DNA from: Carcharhinus amblyrhynchos
Lineage: Eukaryota
DNA: 64,000 nt
Direction: 5' to 3'
Assembly: GCA_965287045.1 (NCBI GenBank)
Contig: OZ336886.1
Location: 19,778,001 to 19,842,000, forward strand
Below, one piece after another: positions 50,113 to 62,174 of the stretch. Positions within the stretch are counted from its first letter, which is position 1, and every line of letters begins with the position of its first letter. The position numbers and the translations under genes were made by a program. The notes below the pieces were generated by a model that did no database searches, was not told the origin of the DNA, and was given only the letters and a program-made list of their open reading frames with translations.

Positions 50113-51123
50113 TCATAGAATCATAGAACTCTACAAGGCAGAAGGAGAGGCCATTCGGCCAGTGGCAGATTAAGTACCACCCGGACCCCTAGGCTGAGCT
50201 TTAGTAAGGCCCCCCTGACCTTGCCCCCTGCCCCACCCTTCGTTGAATAGAATAAAATGACGTTAAGTGATGTTAGATAGCTTATTTCGTTGTACTATGT
50301 ATAATGTACTACATGTATAATATCATAAAGTTATAGGAATGAGTTACAGCCCTTTTGTTCATTTATTTTTCATTTTCTTTACATTTGTACTTTAAAAAGC
50401 TTCTGCGTTTTTTTTTGGTTTACAAAGGTGTCGATAACAGCACGTAAATCAACAGATCGAAGCATGTCTGATTCAACGTGCATGAGTGCCAGATGACTAA
50501 GTTTCTCATCGCTCACTGTTGAGTGCAAACAGATTTTGATCCACTTCAGTGCCAAAAATGAATGCTCACCTGAACAGTTCGTGATCATTAAGGACAGATA
50601 AATTCTAAAGCAAATGTATGTATTTGGATGTACCTTGTACCTTATTTGGATCTCTTGCCAAAGCCCGATACATCCCAGTGACAGTGATATCATCATTGGA
50701 CTATCCTTGAATGTACTTCTGTCTGTGACAGGCAGTGACCCAAGCTCTCGGGCCCCCCTCCCTTCTGGACCTCTAGGATTAAATCTATTCAGCTTAATGG
50801 TTAATCTGCCACTGCATTCAGCCATCAAGTCTGCACCAACAACAATCCCACCCAGGCCCCATCCCCGCAACCCCTCATATTTACCCCACTAATCCCTTGA
50901 ACCAACGCATCCCAGGACACCAAGGGGCAATTTAGCATGGCCAATACAACTAACCTGCACATCTTTGCACTGTGGGAAGAAATCAAAGTACCTGGAGGAA
51001 ATCCATGCAAACACAGGGAGAACATGCAAACCCCACACAGACAGTGACCTAAGAGCCAGGAATCGAATCCAGGTCCCTGGAGCTGTGAGGCAGCAGTGTT
51101 AACTACTGTGCCATTGTGCTGTC
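50113..51123 (-). mobile_element. HE1 SINE interrupted by a hAT element
   Basis: Tail at 50113-50159 continues at 50815 through the V-domain to the head. Confidence 0.9.
50160..50814 (-). mobile_element. Non-autonomous hAT transposon (Tip100/ZMYM-type) retaining the transposase dimerisation domain
   Basis: Perfect 14-bp TIRs CAGTGGCAGATTAA / TTAATCTGCCACTG. 8-bp TSD cattcggc / cattcagc. Encodes PNTYICFRIYLSLMITNCSGEHSFLALKWIK..HSTVSDEKLSHLALMHVESD. Confidence 0.93.
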
Positions 51124-51599
51124 CACATTCCTACCTCAACAAATTAGCCAAGCCCTACAATCCTTTGAGGTCTCCATGTTCCTTCTTTATAATCTCTATC
51201 ACATCGTCAAATCACATCCTACAACAATCGCTTCTGCTGCCTAGGTTCCAAGCACTGGAATTCGTTCCCTTAGCCTTGCTGTCTCTTTCCTCTCATTACA
51301 CCTAACCCAGTTTGTGTCATCTATTTTAATACCTTGCATGACCCAGTACCAAAATTTGGTTGGTAACACCTTTGAAGCAGCTTAGGATATTTTGTGACAT
51401 GAAAAGGGTTACAACAATGCAAATTGTTGCTGTTTTGCTGAATCATCAGTGACTAACCTTAAACTCATTTAATCTATGAGAGCAACCAAAGTAGATGATG
51501 ATAATGATTTATTCATTTTACACACATAAGCTCAAAAATATTGTTGCCATTGTGTTTTGTTGAAATTACTGAAGGCAACATGAGAGTACCTTTCAGATC

Positions 51600-51798
51600 T
51601 AGCCACAGCCAAGACTGTGGAAGCCAGGTCATTGAGTGTCTTTAAGCCGAGATAGATAGGTTCTTGATTAATAAGGAGGGTCGGGGTTATGGGGAAAAGG
51701 CAGGAGAATGGGGATGAGAAAAATATCAGCCATGATTGAATGGCAAAGCAGACTCAATGGGCCGAGTGGCCTAATTCTGTTCCAATGTCTTATGGTCC
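51600..51798 (+). mobile_element. CR1 LINE 3' end
   Basis: tttaagccgagatagataggttcttg...cagccatgattgaatggc...gggccgagtggcctaattctg...tcttatgg. Confidence 0.85.
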
Positions 51799-53134
51799 CT
51801 CATTGATCAAACTTTTTACTTATAAAGAACTATAAGCGACACACTAAAATCAGAGAGATTCTGGAGAATGGAGCAAAGACTATCACAGGCTTGCATTAGG
51901 GACATTTTAAACATCAGTATCCATCCATCCAATGAGTAGGTTTAAAAGCAAGGCAAATGTTTTAATTTGAAGTTTGAGGAATGGTGAAGCAAGGTTTAGC
52001 AGAGAGTCACACGGTTAATCCAAAGTGTAGAAATGTTCATTGTGGTTGGCGGCAGGATTTTGCAAACTTCCCCAGTCTTCTTGAATTGCTAATTCCACAT
52101 TGCCACACTCTGGATAAGCACAGTCAGCGGAACAGCAGCTATTACTCTTCAGGACCCAAAGCCCAAACCTGCTGCGAGTCAGATCAAGAGGTGATGCTAC
52201 TTACATTTGTCAAACTCATCAGCAGCATTCACTAGAGGCCCTGCAGATGCAAACATTAAATGATGTTTGGAAGAAGGGGAAAATGTGACCAGCATTTTGG
52301 AAATGGTTCGAAGGAACCATCTGACAATAAAAGTTTATCGGTTGAAAACATCTCAACTTCTCTGTTGTGTCTGCTTTAAATCTAAGCGCTAATAATATCT
52401 GTACGAATAAGACGCAGATTGTGAAGAATCCATGTGCCCCTTTAAAGCTTTGCTGATCATAATAATATAATTTGGTTCCTGTGATTAAATACAGCTTATC
52501 TCAGCCACTAACATTCACCTTTGATTCAAATTCTAGGAGGTGGATCTCAACGTTTGTGCTGTTAATACCCGTGCCTGTAAGCTGGCGAAAAGATCTGAGG
52601 TGATTTCACATCACGTTATAGCCACTGCATTCCCCAGATGCAGTTGGCTGCAAAGCTAATACATCTGCCAGAAATCATTAAGACCAGGCAGCCTAAATTC
52701 AATAATACTCATAAATTGGTGTGGGGATCTCAATGTGGGATAAAGCCACCTCTGTTGCTTGTAGCGTAGGCTGCACGCCAAACTTATGCTGCCTGTGAAA
52801 TAACATGATTGCACTATACAGTCGATGCTATCCCAAGTGTTGAGTGTGGCCGCATGCCCTCATCAGGGGAGCCCGTCAAGAGAAGAGTGCACCAGTTAAA
52901 GTTAGCCTCCGCTACTTAAAGCTAGACTGCATCTCGGGAAGATGCATTCCAGCTGGAGCAGGCTCTGTACATCATTGTGGAACTCGTTCCGATGTGGAAA
53001 AGGATGTAACCACAGAAAAACATTGGAAAGAGCAGGTTCCAAGGTTTTCTGATACTGCGCAGGGGTTGTTCAAATGCAGCTGGTAGAGGTCTGTCACAGA
53101 ATTAAGGCGTTAGGATTATGCCGAATGCCTTAAT

Positions 53135-54324
53135 TCCTCACTGAGGTTCAAGTTGGACGATTCCTCCTTGAACATAGCTGGCAGACATCACTTTTCACTG
53201 AGAGTATTTTCCCCCTTCTCGTTTCTCTGATTTTCCTATGTTGCATGGTCTCCGTTAATTCTCTCAGTCATACAGTATTTCATCGTGAACCCCTACTACT
53301 GCATCTGCATGAAGTTGCTTCAGAAAACTTGAAATCAGGACCACAACAGCAACCACACCACTCCCTGTAGACATTAGTAACTTAAAATTAATTAGCAACT
53401 AACCATTAAGTAGCTGATGCTTGTGTGTATATTTATTTATTAGTGACAAGTAGGCTTGCATTAACACTGAAATGAAGTTACTGTGAAAATCCCCTAGTTG
53501 CCTCACTCTGGTGCCTGTTCAGGTTCACTGAGAGAGAACTTAGCATGGCCAATGCACCTAACCAGCACATCTTTTGGACTGTGGGAGCAAACCAGAGCAC
53601 CTGGAGGAAATGCGTACAGACTCGGGGAGAGTGTGCAGACTCCGCATAGATAGTGACAATCGAACTCAGCTCATTGACACTGCGAGGCAGCAGTGTTAGT
53701 CACTGTGCCACCATGTGCCATGTATAGTCACACACCAGCTGGACACTGAGGGAGTAGAATCCATCTCATAGCTGGCAGGTGGTGCTGGCAAAGCAATGTG
53801 TGTGCAATCAGTGGCATCTTGTGTCTCAGAGAAGCCTGTAACCCTAACAAACCTGCCCGTTTGCCCTCTCTGGCAAGAGAGAATGAAATGTGGTTAGCTC
53901 TCTTTGAATAGAGAGATTGCCCTTAGACAACAGTGGACAGCCACTGGCAATGTCCTGACCCAGATCCGAGGTTGTCATTGTGGCTGCAGCAGGAAGGCAA
54001 ATTTCAGTCAGGAACTCCTAATTGCACATTGCTCCTCACTGAGGTTCAGGTTGGACAATTCCTCCTTGAACATAGCTGGCAGACATCACTTTTCGCTGAG
54101 AGTATTTTCCTCCTTCTCATTTCTCTGATTTTTCTATGTTGCATGATCTCCATTAATTCTCTGTCTTACAGTATTTCACTGTGAACCCTACTACTGCACT
54201 AGTGTCTGGGTGAAGCTGCCTTATACAGAAAATATGAAATCAGGACCACAACAGCAGCCACACCACTCCCTATAGACATTAGTAACTTAAAATCAATTAA
54301 CAACTAACCACTAAGTAGCTGATG
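53135..54324 (+). repeat. Direct repeat pair, 53135-53419 and 54033-54324
   Basis: Both copies run tcctcactgaggttca...taagtagctgatg and align end to end with scattered substitutions and small indels. Confidence 0.93.
53430..53718 (-). mobile_element. V-SINE with type-B tail
   Basis: Homologous to 27712-28002. Confidence 0.88.
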
Positions 54325-56065
54325 ATCTTCTGAAATAATGTTCCAGTGCATTTAGGGTTGGTTCTGAGGTTTTTCCTGCTGCTGTGTGTTCAGACATACA
54401 TGATAAGAAGCTCCAAAATGGCATTGCTATTGTCAGGTCAGCATTAGATATTGACGGTATTATCATCTGTCCACTCGTCATGTTTCCAGTAACACTCACT
54501 AACACCCTCAATAGAGTATGGATGGGCCCATAGACGCCATTCTGGATCTCCAAGGCGACTATGCTATCAACTTTGCCTGCAGATCTTTCTAGTTACCTAA
54601 TCTTAACAAGTCCCAGCAGTTTCACATTTGGCTTATGACTCTACAAAACCCACACTTCGGGAACCCATCCACACTAGAGTGGATCCTATTGCAACACAAC
54701 AGTTCTTCAGCAGCCCCAGTTCAACTTGGGCTTGAAGGCTATCTGGTTCTTCCACTGATTTGTGGTTATCTGAGGTGTATCAAAGATGATTCAGTTCTTT
54801 AGGAACATTAGGAAAGTTTGAAAAACCCTATTAATTAACAGCCCTAAACATGGACTTAATAATGTGCTCGGAGATAGTTCAATGTGTCAGAGTTCCTACA
54901 GCCAGAATTTTATGATCAACATTAAAGACATCCAACTTTAGTTCAATAGTCTCTATCCTCCAAAACTTTACTATTATATAACATTTTGTTGTAACATCAT
55001 AAAACTCGGAAGAATAAGTTTGAGTTGTAAAGCTTTATTTATAATGCTGCTGGAATATAACAAAAATTAAAGGTAGACTTTCGACAACTTATTTTTCACC
55101 TTTTTAAACACCCAATAAAGAGCACCTTAGAGAAAGGTGGCAGAGCAAATGTAATAAGTGGCCCTTTAAGGGTTAATCCATGTTAGAACACAGCATCCTG
55201 GAGTGCCATTCTTAGGTTTTAGTGACAAAAGCGTGATGATGTCGGAACCAAATGATTAAACGGCAATATCAGATTCAAAGCATTGCAAAGCACTTCTCCA
55301 ACAGCAAAATATTTGCAAGAAGGTTTTTTTTTGTTGTGCACCAAGGGAATGTATCAAAAAGTATTGCAAGGATAAGATTGTGCTTTAGTGGACTGTGTGT
55401 GGGAGAGACTAAGGGGACAGTGACAAAGCAGTTAACTGACAAGAAAGTTTGTCAGTGATTGTTCAATTTAAATAGATTCCAGTGTTACTGGAGAGACAGC
55501 ACACAGATAAAGCCCAAAAATCAATGACACTTCAGCATGCAGCAAGTCAGAGACTAAATAAGCAGGCACCAAGAACAACTCTATCCACAGCCGGACCGTG
55601 AAATTCCCAATTCTACATCTGTATGGCAAAGGAAAATTTAATCTTCCCAAATACTCATCAGTGCATTCCATCCTCTGACCTGACAGCTACACTTATAATT
55701 AATTATACAATTTAGATGGGAATATCGACTAAACAAACCTATAAATCATAGAAAAAGTCAATAGGCATGGACACATTCAATCATGTCCAAACCAATGATT
55801 ACTGCTCTCAAAATACAATAATTATTTTCAAGAGCTGACTTGAATTAAATTTCTGTCAACCTGGTACAAGACTAGTGGTTGATGAAGGATGCAATAGATT
55901 TTTTGGGGGGAATTTGGTATAGGAACATTCATCCTGAAGAAGGGCAGTTTGTTTTTAGTGATCACACCACTCTGTGTATAACCAGACCATGAAGATTAGA
56001 TTATCTCAAATGGCTCATTAAATCATTTATCTTTCCCATGAAGTTGATCCAGAGAAGCTGCTCAC

Positions 56066-56104
56066 CTTCTTGCATCGCAATGAAATCAAACGTAATGAAT
56101 TCTA
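56066..56104 (-). other. Candidate 39/36-nt cassette exon with CAG-TAG tandem acceptor
   Basis: cttcatttctttcacgttcactgtgttgCAG TAG AATTCATTACGTTTGATTTCATTGCGATGCAAGAAG|gtgagc. Confidence 0.4.
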
Positions 56105-56454
56105 CTGCAACACAGTGAACGTGAAAGAAATGAAGTGGTGCGTTCACAGTCGGAGAAGCAGCAGCAAGTGGAATGTGCTGCTTCATCATCAGCCTTCCGA
56201 AAACCTTCATCTCGAGGAGAGAAGGAGCATCTGAAAAACTGAGGTCCAATCTCACCCAACAAAAGGTGCTTAACCATTTCCTATCATTGTACACTCATCA
56301 GAGGACAGAGATCAGTGGAAAAATTCTTCCGTTGCCACTGCTGGAAATAGCGGCAGGGCAGAGACTGGGAAGATGCGAGCTATTTGGCTTTGTTGGTCTT
56401 TACTACCCTGCCCTTCACAATCCAAATCCCAAAGTATTGCAATTTCTGGGCTAC

Positions 56455-56663
56455 GGCTGCTATTGCAATGAAGTTGCTGTGAAAATCCCCTAGTCGCCAC
56501 ACTCTGGCACCTGTTCGGGTACACTGAGGGAGAATTTAGCATGGCCAATACACCTAAGCAAACTGTGGGAGGAAACCAGAGAACCTGGAGGAAACCCACG
56601 CCGACACGGGGAGAACGTGCAAACTCTGCACAGACAGTGACCCAAGCCAGGAATCGAACCCGT
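56455..56663 (-). mobile_element. V-SINE with type-B tail, partial
   Basis: aatgaagttgctgtgaaaatcccctag...ggaggaaacccacg...ggaatcgaaccc. Confidence 0.87.
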
Positions 56664-57159
56664 GTCTCATTCCACTTGCTACTGTATTTCTGATGAAGGT
56701 GGAGATCCCTTGGATCACTTGACCCAAAAAGGTTTCCCATCAGCAATCTTTACCATGGATATACCATTATGTTTTGTACAGTAGTTTGTCATGTTACATT
56801 TCAGGTACGTCTTTGAAGCCTCTCCACAATAACATGAATTCCCATTTTTGATACCGGGGGCAAAATTCAACAAGCCCTGAAAATGGGCACAGGATTGCAA
56901 TCTGTGTCAGTTCTTTCCAATGCAGACAGCACGTAAACTTGGTATCGTTTGTTCAATTACATGATTACTGCCTGCAGGCAGTGCTTTATGCAGTGTTAGT
57001 ACCTTCTTATCCAAGGAATGGGCCTAGAATTGTGAAAGGTTTAACAGGATTTCACATGACTGAAGTAAAACACTGCAGTCACTGAAAATCTGAAATAAAA
57101 CAGAAAATGCTAGAAATACTCAGCTAGTAAGTCAGCGTCTGAGAGGAACAGAGTTAGCA

Positions 57160-58070
57160 GGGGAGGATTTGAGCCCAACTATCCGTCTTTGGGAATGGCA
57201 GCACGCAATCAAAACCCAGAGAGCATGATGCATGCCAGCAAGTTTCCAAGTTCCAATCTTATTGGCCGCGTGCCAGTGGAGTGTTGCAAAATGCTAAGGG
57301 ACTGCAGGAAGCTCATTTTACTACAATTGCATTTCATTAGCAAGCACTCTCTCCAGGATGCCACTCCCCACCCCCGACTCACCGAATATTCAGCAATTGC
57401 CAGCATGCTGTCACCCTCGCGCCATTTATAACAGGTTCACTTAGGCCTGAACCTGCTGCAGGGGTCTCCCCAGGGTCTTAAAAGTAAGTATAGCCCCTGG
57501 CAGTGAGGGACATGGCCAGGCATTGGCCTGGCAATACCCCTCGGTTTTGCATGTTGGCACAGGTTGGCACTGTGGTGATAGCTGAGAGTGAACGGAGAGC
57601 CGGGGATACCAGTGATGACCTTTGGGGAAAGGGGGCGGGGAGTGGAGGGTGGTGGGAGTGAGCGCTGGTGCAGACTGTGCGAGAGGAACTGGATGCAGTG
57701 GTGTAAGAAGTTTAATGACCTCACATGCGTGGTCAAGGCCAGAATAAATTTTTAAATCTTATATCCCACCAGCTGCACCACTAACCTCACACACAGCCCA
57801 ATACACCACCCATCTACACTCATCTAACAACAACCTCTATCAACCATGACTCATACTTCACAATCATAGCTTCACCTCAGCCTTACGCACTGAGCACCGC
57901 TGCAATCCTAGATCATGGTTTGCACACATTATCAGATATTCAACCATGATGAGCACATTACTCACTGCATGTTTCTCTCTCACGCAGAAGATGATGATGA
58001 AAATGCAGAGGCAGCAGTATCTAACCATCAAGGGAGAGGCCATGATGATGTTGCTGTGGCCAGCCAACTG
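57160..58070 (+). mobile_element. Harbinger relic with Myb/SANT fragment
   Basis: RNWMQ.CKKFNDLTCVVK at about 57683-57738, and acceptor ctctcacgcag near 57988. Confidence 0.65.
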
Positions 58071-58074
58071 GCTA

Positions 58075-58385
58075 AAAGCATCAAAATATCCTAAGGTGCT
58101 TCATAGGTGCATTATGGAACAAAATATGGCACCAAGCCACATGAGGTACTCAGTCAGGCGGCTAACTATTTGTCAAAGAGATAGGTTTAAATGAGTGTCT
58201 TGAAGGAGGAGAGTGAGGTAAAGAGAGATGGAGAGGTGTAGGGAGCATATTCCAGAGCTCCAGACCAAGGCAACTGAAACTGCTGCCACCAATTGTAGTG
58301 TGATTAATATTGGGATATCTCAAGAGGCCAGAATTAGTGGAGTGCAGATATCTCAGAGGATTCCGACAGCTGGAAAAGATTACAG
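58075..58385 (-). mobile_element. L2 LINE 3' end
   Basis: ORF 58162-58389 has TIGGSSFSCLGLELWNMLP, the L2 ORF2 terminus. Confidence 0.75.
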
Positions 58386-58396
58386 ACAAAGAATTG

Positions 58397-58505
58397 TAGA
58401 ATTATAGAATCCCTACAGTGCAGATGGAAGCCCATCGAGCCTGCATGGCCAATGCACATTACCAGCAAGTCTTTTGGACTGTGGGAAAAAACCGGAACAC
58501 CGGAA
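58397..58505 (-). mobile_element. HE1 fragment with internal deletion
   Basis: atagaatccctacagtgcag (tail) joined to gcatggccaatgcac...ggactgtgggaaaaaccgga. Confidence 0.7.
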
Positions 58506-58779
58506 AACTGAGCTCTGATGAGCACGCTCTCAATGCCAGGTATGCAGCACCTTGCAAGAATCTGGGTGATGCGGATGTTATCCTGCCACCTGACTTTGCA
58601 AATAGATCTCAGACAGCGGAGACAGAATATTTCTAGTTATCGTGTGCGATGCCAGTATCACACTCATAACGAAGTGATTAAGGAACCACTGCCAGGTAAG
58701 CTTTGATTTTTGTTCTGAGGCAAACTCCATTAACTTTCCAAAGTCTGAGGCTGTCAAATACTGAGCTTGCTCTTACAAA

Positions 58780-59500
58780 GTAACGATTGTTTTCCTCATC
58801 TAACACAGTGAGGATACTCCCAATGTAGAAAAACCTCTGGACCAAATGGAGGGGTGTCTTTTTGATAGTGCCTGTGATATCTTGAGTATCTGGTTAGGGT
58901 GAGTGATACAAGATCTGTCTTCTTATTGTTAGGTCAAAGAGTTAGGGGAAAGTGACCAATAAGAAGCTGAATACTTGTGTGCTATGAGAGTTAAATTGTC
59001 CACGAACAAGAGTTCGTTCAGAAACAGTTCAATAATCCAGGTACAAGCCATGGGCCTTTGCAAATTGAAGAGGTTGCCATCTGTCCTGAATCCTGAATTG
59101 AACATGTACGCCTGTGTTTGTGGGCTGGAGCACGGCCGAGAAATATATGGAAAACTGAGCTGCAGCCAATATACACTGTCGTTGGTAACAGGAACAGCAT
59201 TTAATGATGCACCACTTTGCATCACACTGATGTTAAACGAGCAAATGACACTAATCATCTTTTAAAGCCAGTCATATTGGTACAGAACCTTCCACAGGTT
59301 TTGCAGTTCATTGTGTCAAAAGCCTTGGTCAGGACAACAAGCAATAAGTACAAACAATCGATTTGTGGAACTTTTCTTGAAATTTGGCATGCTGCAAGGG
59401 TCATGACTACAGTTCCCTGGATTGCATGGAGGACTCAAAAAACCATGAGACTCATGGAGCTGTGTGGGAAGGATCAAAAGTAACAACAACTTGTATTGAC
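58780..59500 (-). mobile_element. Degenerate RTE-clade LINE RT
   Basis: FRTDGNLFNLQR...ELLFVDN (compare ELLFADD), DLTKAFDT near 59310-59335, and PVTN. Confidence 0.8.
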
Positions 59501-60063
59501 ATAGTACCTTTAACATACTGGAAACTTTCCCAGAAATCTTTCAAGATAGTTTTCAGCATTCCTGAAGAAGACCAATTTCAAACTTAGTCATCTTGCTTTC
59601 CAGTTCTGGTGGACTTTCTATAGATGACCATGATGTGATGATGCCAACGCAAGTGCCCAGTTGCAGCCTGCTAATGGACGGACTACTCAAGATAAATTCT
59701 GCAAGGTGTTTCATGTCAAACTATTTCCCATGTACCACTTTGTTTTGTCACACTCCCTCTCCACCCGGCAGCTTTTTCAATATCTCACACAGGCCCACGC
59801 TTCAGGCAGGATATCCCATTTGAAACTTTGAAAACTTGTCTACTCTTAAGATTTTCAATCTTAAGTTAACACGTTAAGCAAGTGCGACATGATATCGTTA
59901 CTTACTGACACTTAAGATAGACTTCAGGTCAATCACATGGTAAGCATCAGTGAACCTTGTACTTTGGAAATGTGCCATTGCAGTTGTGTTTGGTAGTGGT
60001 TTCAAGCTATTCAATGGGAAAGGAAATTAAAATACTTTTCTTGCCAACAGATGTATGACAAAA

Positions 60064-60160
60064 ATCTGATGAAGCACTATTGACCTGAAATGTTCACTTT
60101 TTGTCTCTCCACAGATGCTGCCTGATCCAATGAGTATTTCCAACATTTTCTGCTTTTGTG
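60064..60160 (+). mobile_element. Penelope terminal-repeat fragment with degenerate hammerhead core
   Basis: CTGATGA (60066)...GAAATGTT, then ctctccacagatgctgcctga...cattttctg. Confidence 0.65.
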
Positions 60161-60638
60161 ATGCCAAAATCTGGCTTGTTGATAACCCCAGCAAGTTGTA
60201 AGGGGATTATCTTTCATTACAGCCTTCAAGGACGCTCAGGTTTACAAATATGGTCTGGTGCTTATTGTCCCTCCTGCTCAAGCCTTCTTTGTTACCTTGT
60301 ATCTCCTCAACCAAGAATACTGTGAAAAGGTATCTCAACTACAAATTTACCTCAAAAACTTTTAAAAATACATTAAAAATTGTCCAAAAAAAGTTACTTT
60401 AGAAAAAATAAACACATGACTAAAATTGCACAACTAACATTGCAACAATGAAAAAAACTGAACAAAACCTGATCTTTAAAAGTTCCCACCTCCCATGTAA
60501 ACTGGGTAATCAATGCTGCTCCCATTCCAAGTGGACACTGAAGTACACTGAGCAAGTCTGAGGCAAATCTCTCAGAACTGCACTCGGTGGTTATTTAAAT
60601 AGGTTTACAACCAAATGGGTCATGCACTGTCAATAAAA

Positions 60639-60987
60639 TGTGGCACAGTGGTTAGCATTGCTGCCTTACAGTGCCAGAGGCCCAGATTCGATCCTGGTCT
60701 TGGGTGACCGTCTGTCTGGAGTTTGCACATTCTCGCCATGTCTATGTGGGTTTTCTCCTGGTGCTCTGATTTTCTCCCTCAGTCCAAATATGGGTCGATT
60801 GGTCATTCTAAATTGCCCCTTAGTGTCCGAGGATGTATAGGTTAGGTGGATTAGCCTTGGTAAGTGTGTGGAGTGTTACGAGAATGGGAGGCACGGCAGG
60901 CCTGGGTAGAATGTTCTTTCGCAGAGTCAGTGCAAACTCAATGGGTTTAACGGCCTCTTTCTGCACAGCAGGGATTCTATGGTTCTA
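60639..60987 (+). mobile_element. HE1 SINE
   Basis: Head, V-domain and tail gggattctatggttcta. Confidence 0.9.
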
Positions 60988-61826
60988 ACTGCAGAAAATT
61001 GCATTCCAGAAGAAAATGGATGCAGGACGAGCTGCCCTAATTCTAGGTTTGTCCAACCACCATGATGCGCTCACTTTGTAACTAAGTGCCTCAAAAACTG
61101 TCCCAGCATATAACTGGAAATCGAGAGCCAAACACCAAAACATTATCACATGTAAGGACTGTAATAGTTAGCTTCAGTTATTAGAATCCCAAGCTTTATT
61201 CATAGTTATGAAACTGAACAATAAAGTTATTTAGTGGTCACATGGTATATCAATGTGACAATATTTCAGCAGTAGACTGGTTGCCATTCTTCGTAAGTAA
61301 GAAAGGTTTTGTTATTCTGGATATAATTAAGCTCGCATGGTCACACGTGTGTTGTGAAAAACATCACACACAAGTGTTTAATAACATCATAATTGTAAGT
61401 TCCCTCTTCTCCACCACTGCTCTTCATTTATTTTATTCTTTCTGGTTTAAAGAGCATTAACATACTTTTTTACTTGTCATTATTCAAGAGCAAATGTACA
61501 GAAACACTCCCTTTTTAACATTTGCCTCAAGCCATGAGCAATATTGACATACAAACATTGCAATTCACTAACAACATCTCAGGATGAATTAAAGAAACAC
61601 AACCATTCCCTAAGGAATCAGTACCCCCCATTTTCTCTATATCAGGGTTACTCTTCTCCTGAAGTCACATTCCAGGGTGGGAGCCACTGCAACCCTTTAG
61701 TCTCCCCCCAGTCTCCTATACTTTAGGTTGAAAATGACTGCAAGACTTGTTATCAGTCATGGGGTCATCACTGCTGAAACTAATCTCTGTTCAATATCTA
61801 TATTCATAAAAACATGCTAGCACAGA

Positions 61827-62174
61827 GGGCAACACGGTGGCACAGTGGTTAGCACTGCTGCCTCACAGTGCCAGGGGCCTGGATTCAATTCTGGCCTTGG
61901 GTAACTGTGTGAAGTTTGCATATTCTCCCTGTGCCTGCATGGGTTCCCTCCAGGTGTTCCGTTTTCCTTTGGGTGCTCCGGTTTCCTCCAACTGTCCACA
62001 GATGTGCGGGTTAGGTTGACTGGCCATGCTCAATTGTCCCTTTGTGTAAAGAAGATTAGTAGGGTAAATACATAGGGTTACAGGGATGGACCCTGGGCGG
62101 CAGGAGGGTGGTGGGGGCTGTCGGCTCAGGCTCAATGGGCCGAATGGCCTCTTTCTGTACTGCAGGGATTCTAT
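61827..62174 (+). mobile_element. HE1 SINE, full length
   Basis: gggcaacacggtggcacagtggttagcactg...gggccgaatggcctctttctgtactgcagggattctat. Confidence 0.92.

Larger units (their letters stand above)
49600..51430 (+). mobile_element. Degenerate L2 LINE split by the HE1/hAT insertion
   Basis: L2-like RT end at 49600-50110 resumes at about 51125 and runs to the L2 tail. Confidence 0.6.
52950..54330. mobile_element. Harbinger relics (Myb start on +, transposase N-terminus on -)
   Basis: EQVPRFSDTA near 53030. Minus strand has NLNLSEEQC..EFLTEIC.LLQPQ..RTLPVAV at 53935-54060. Confidence 0.7.

Noticed and set aside
50379-50870. 163-aa ORF as a host ZMYM-like gene
   Set aside because: It starts in HE1 sequence and crosses the TIR. 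Only the C-terminal part is transposase, inside a deleted element.
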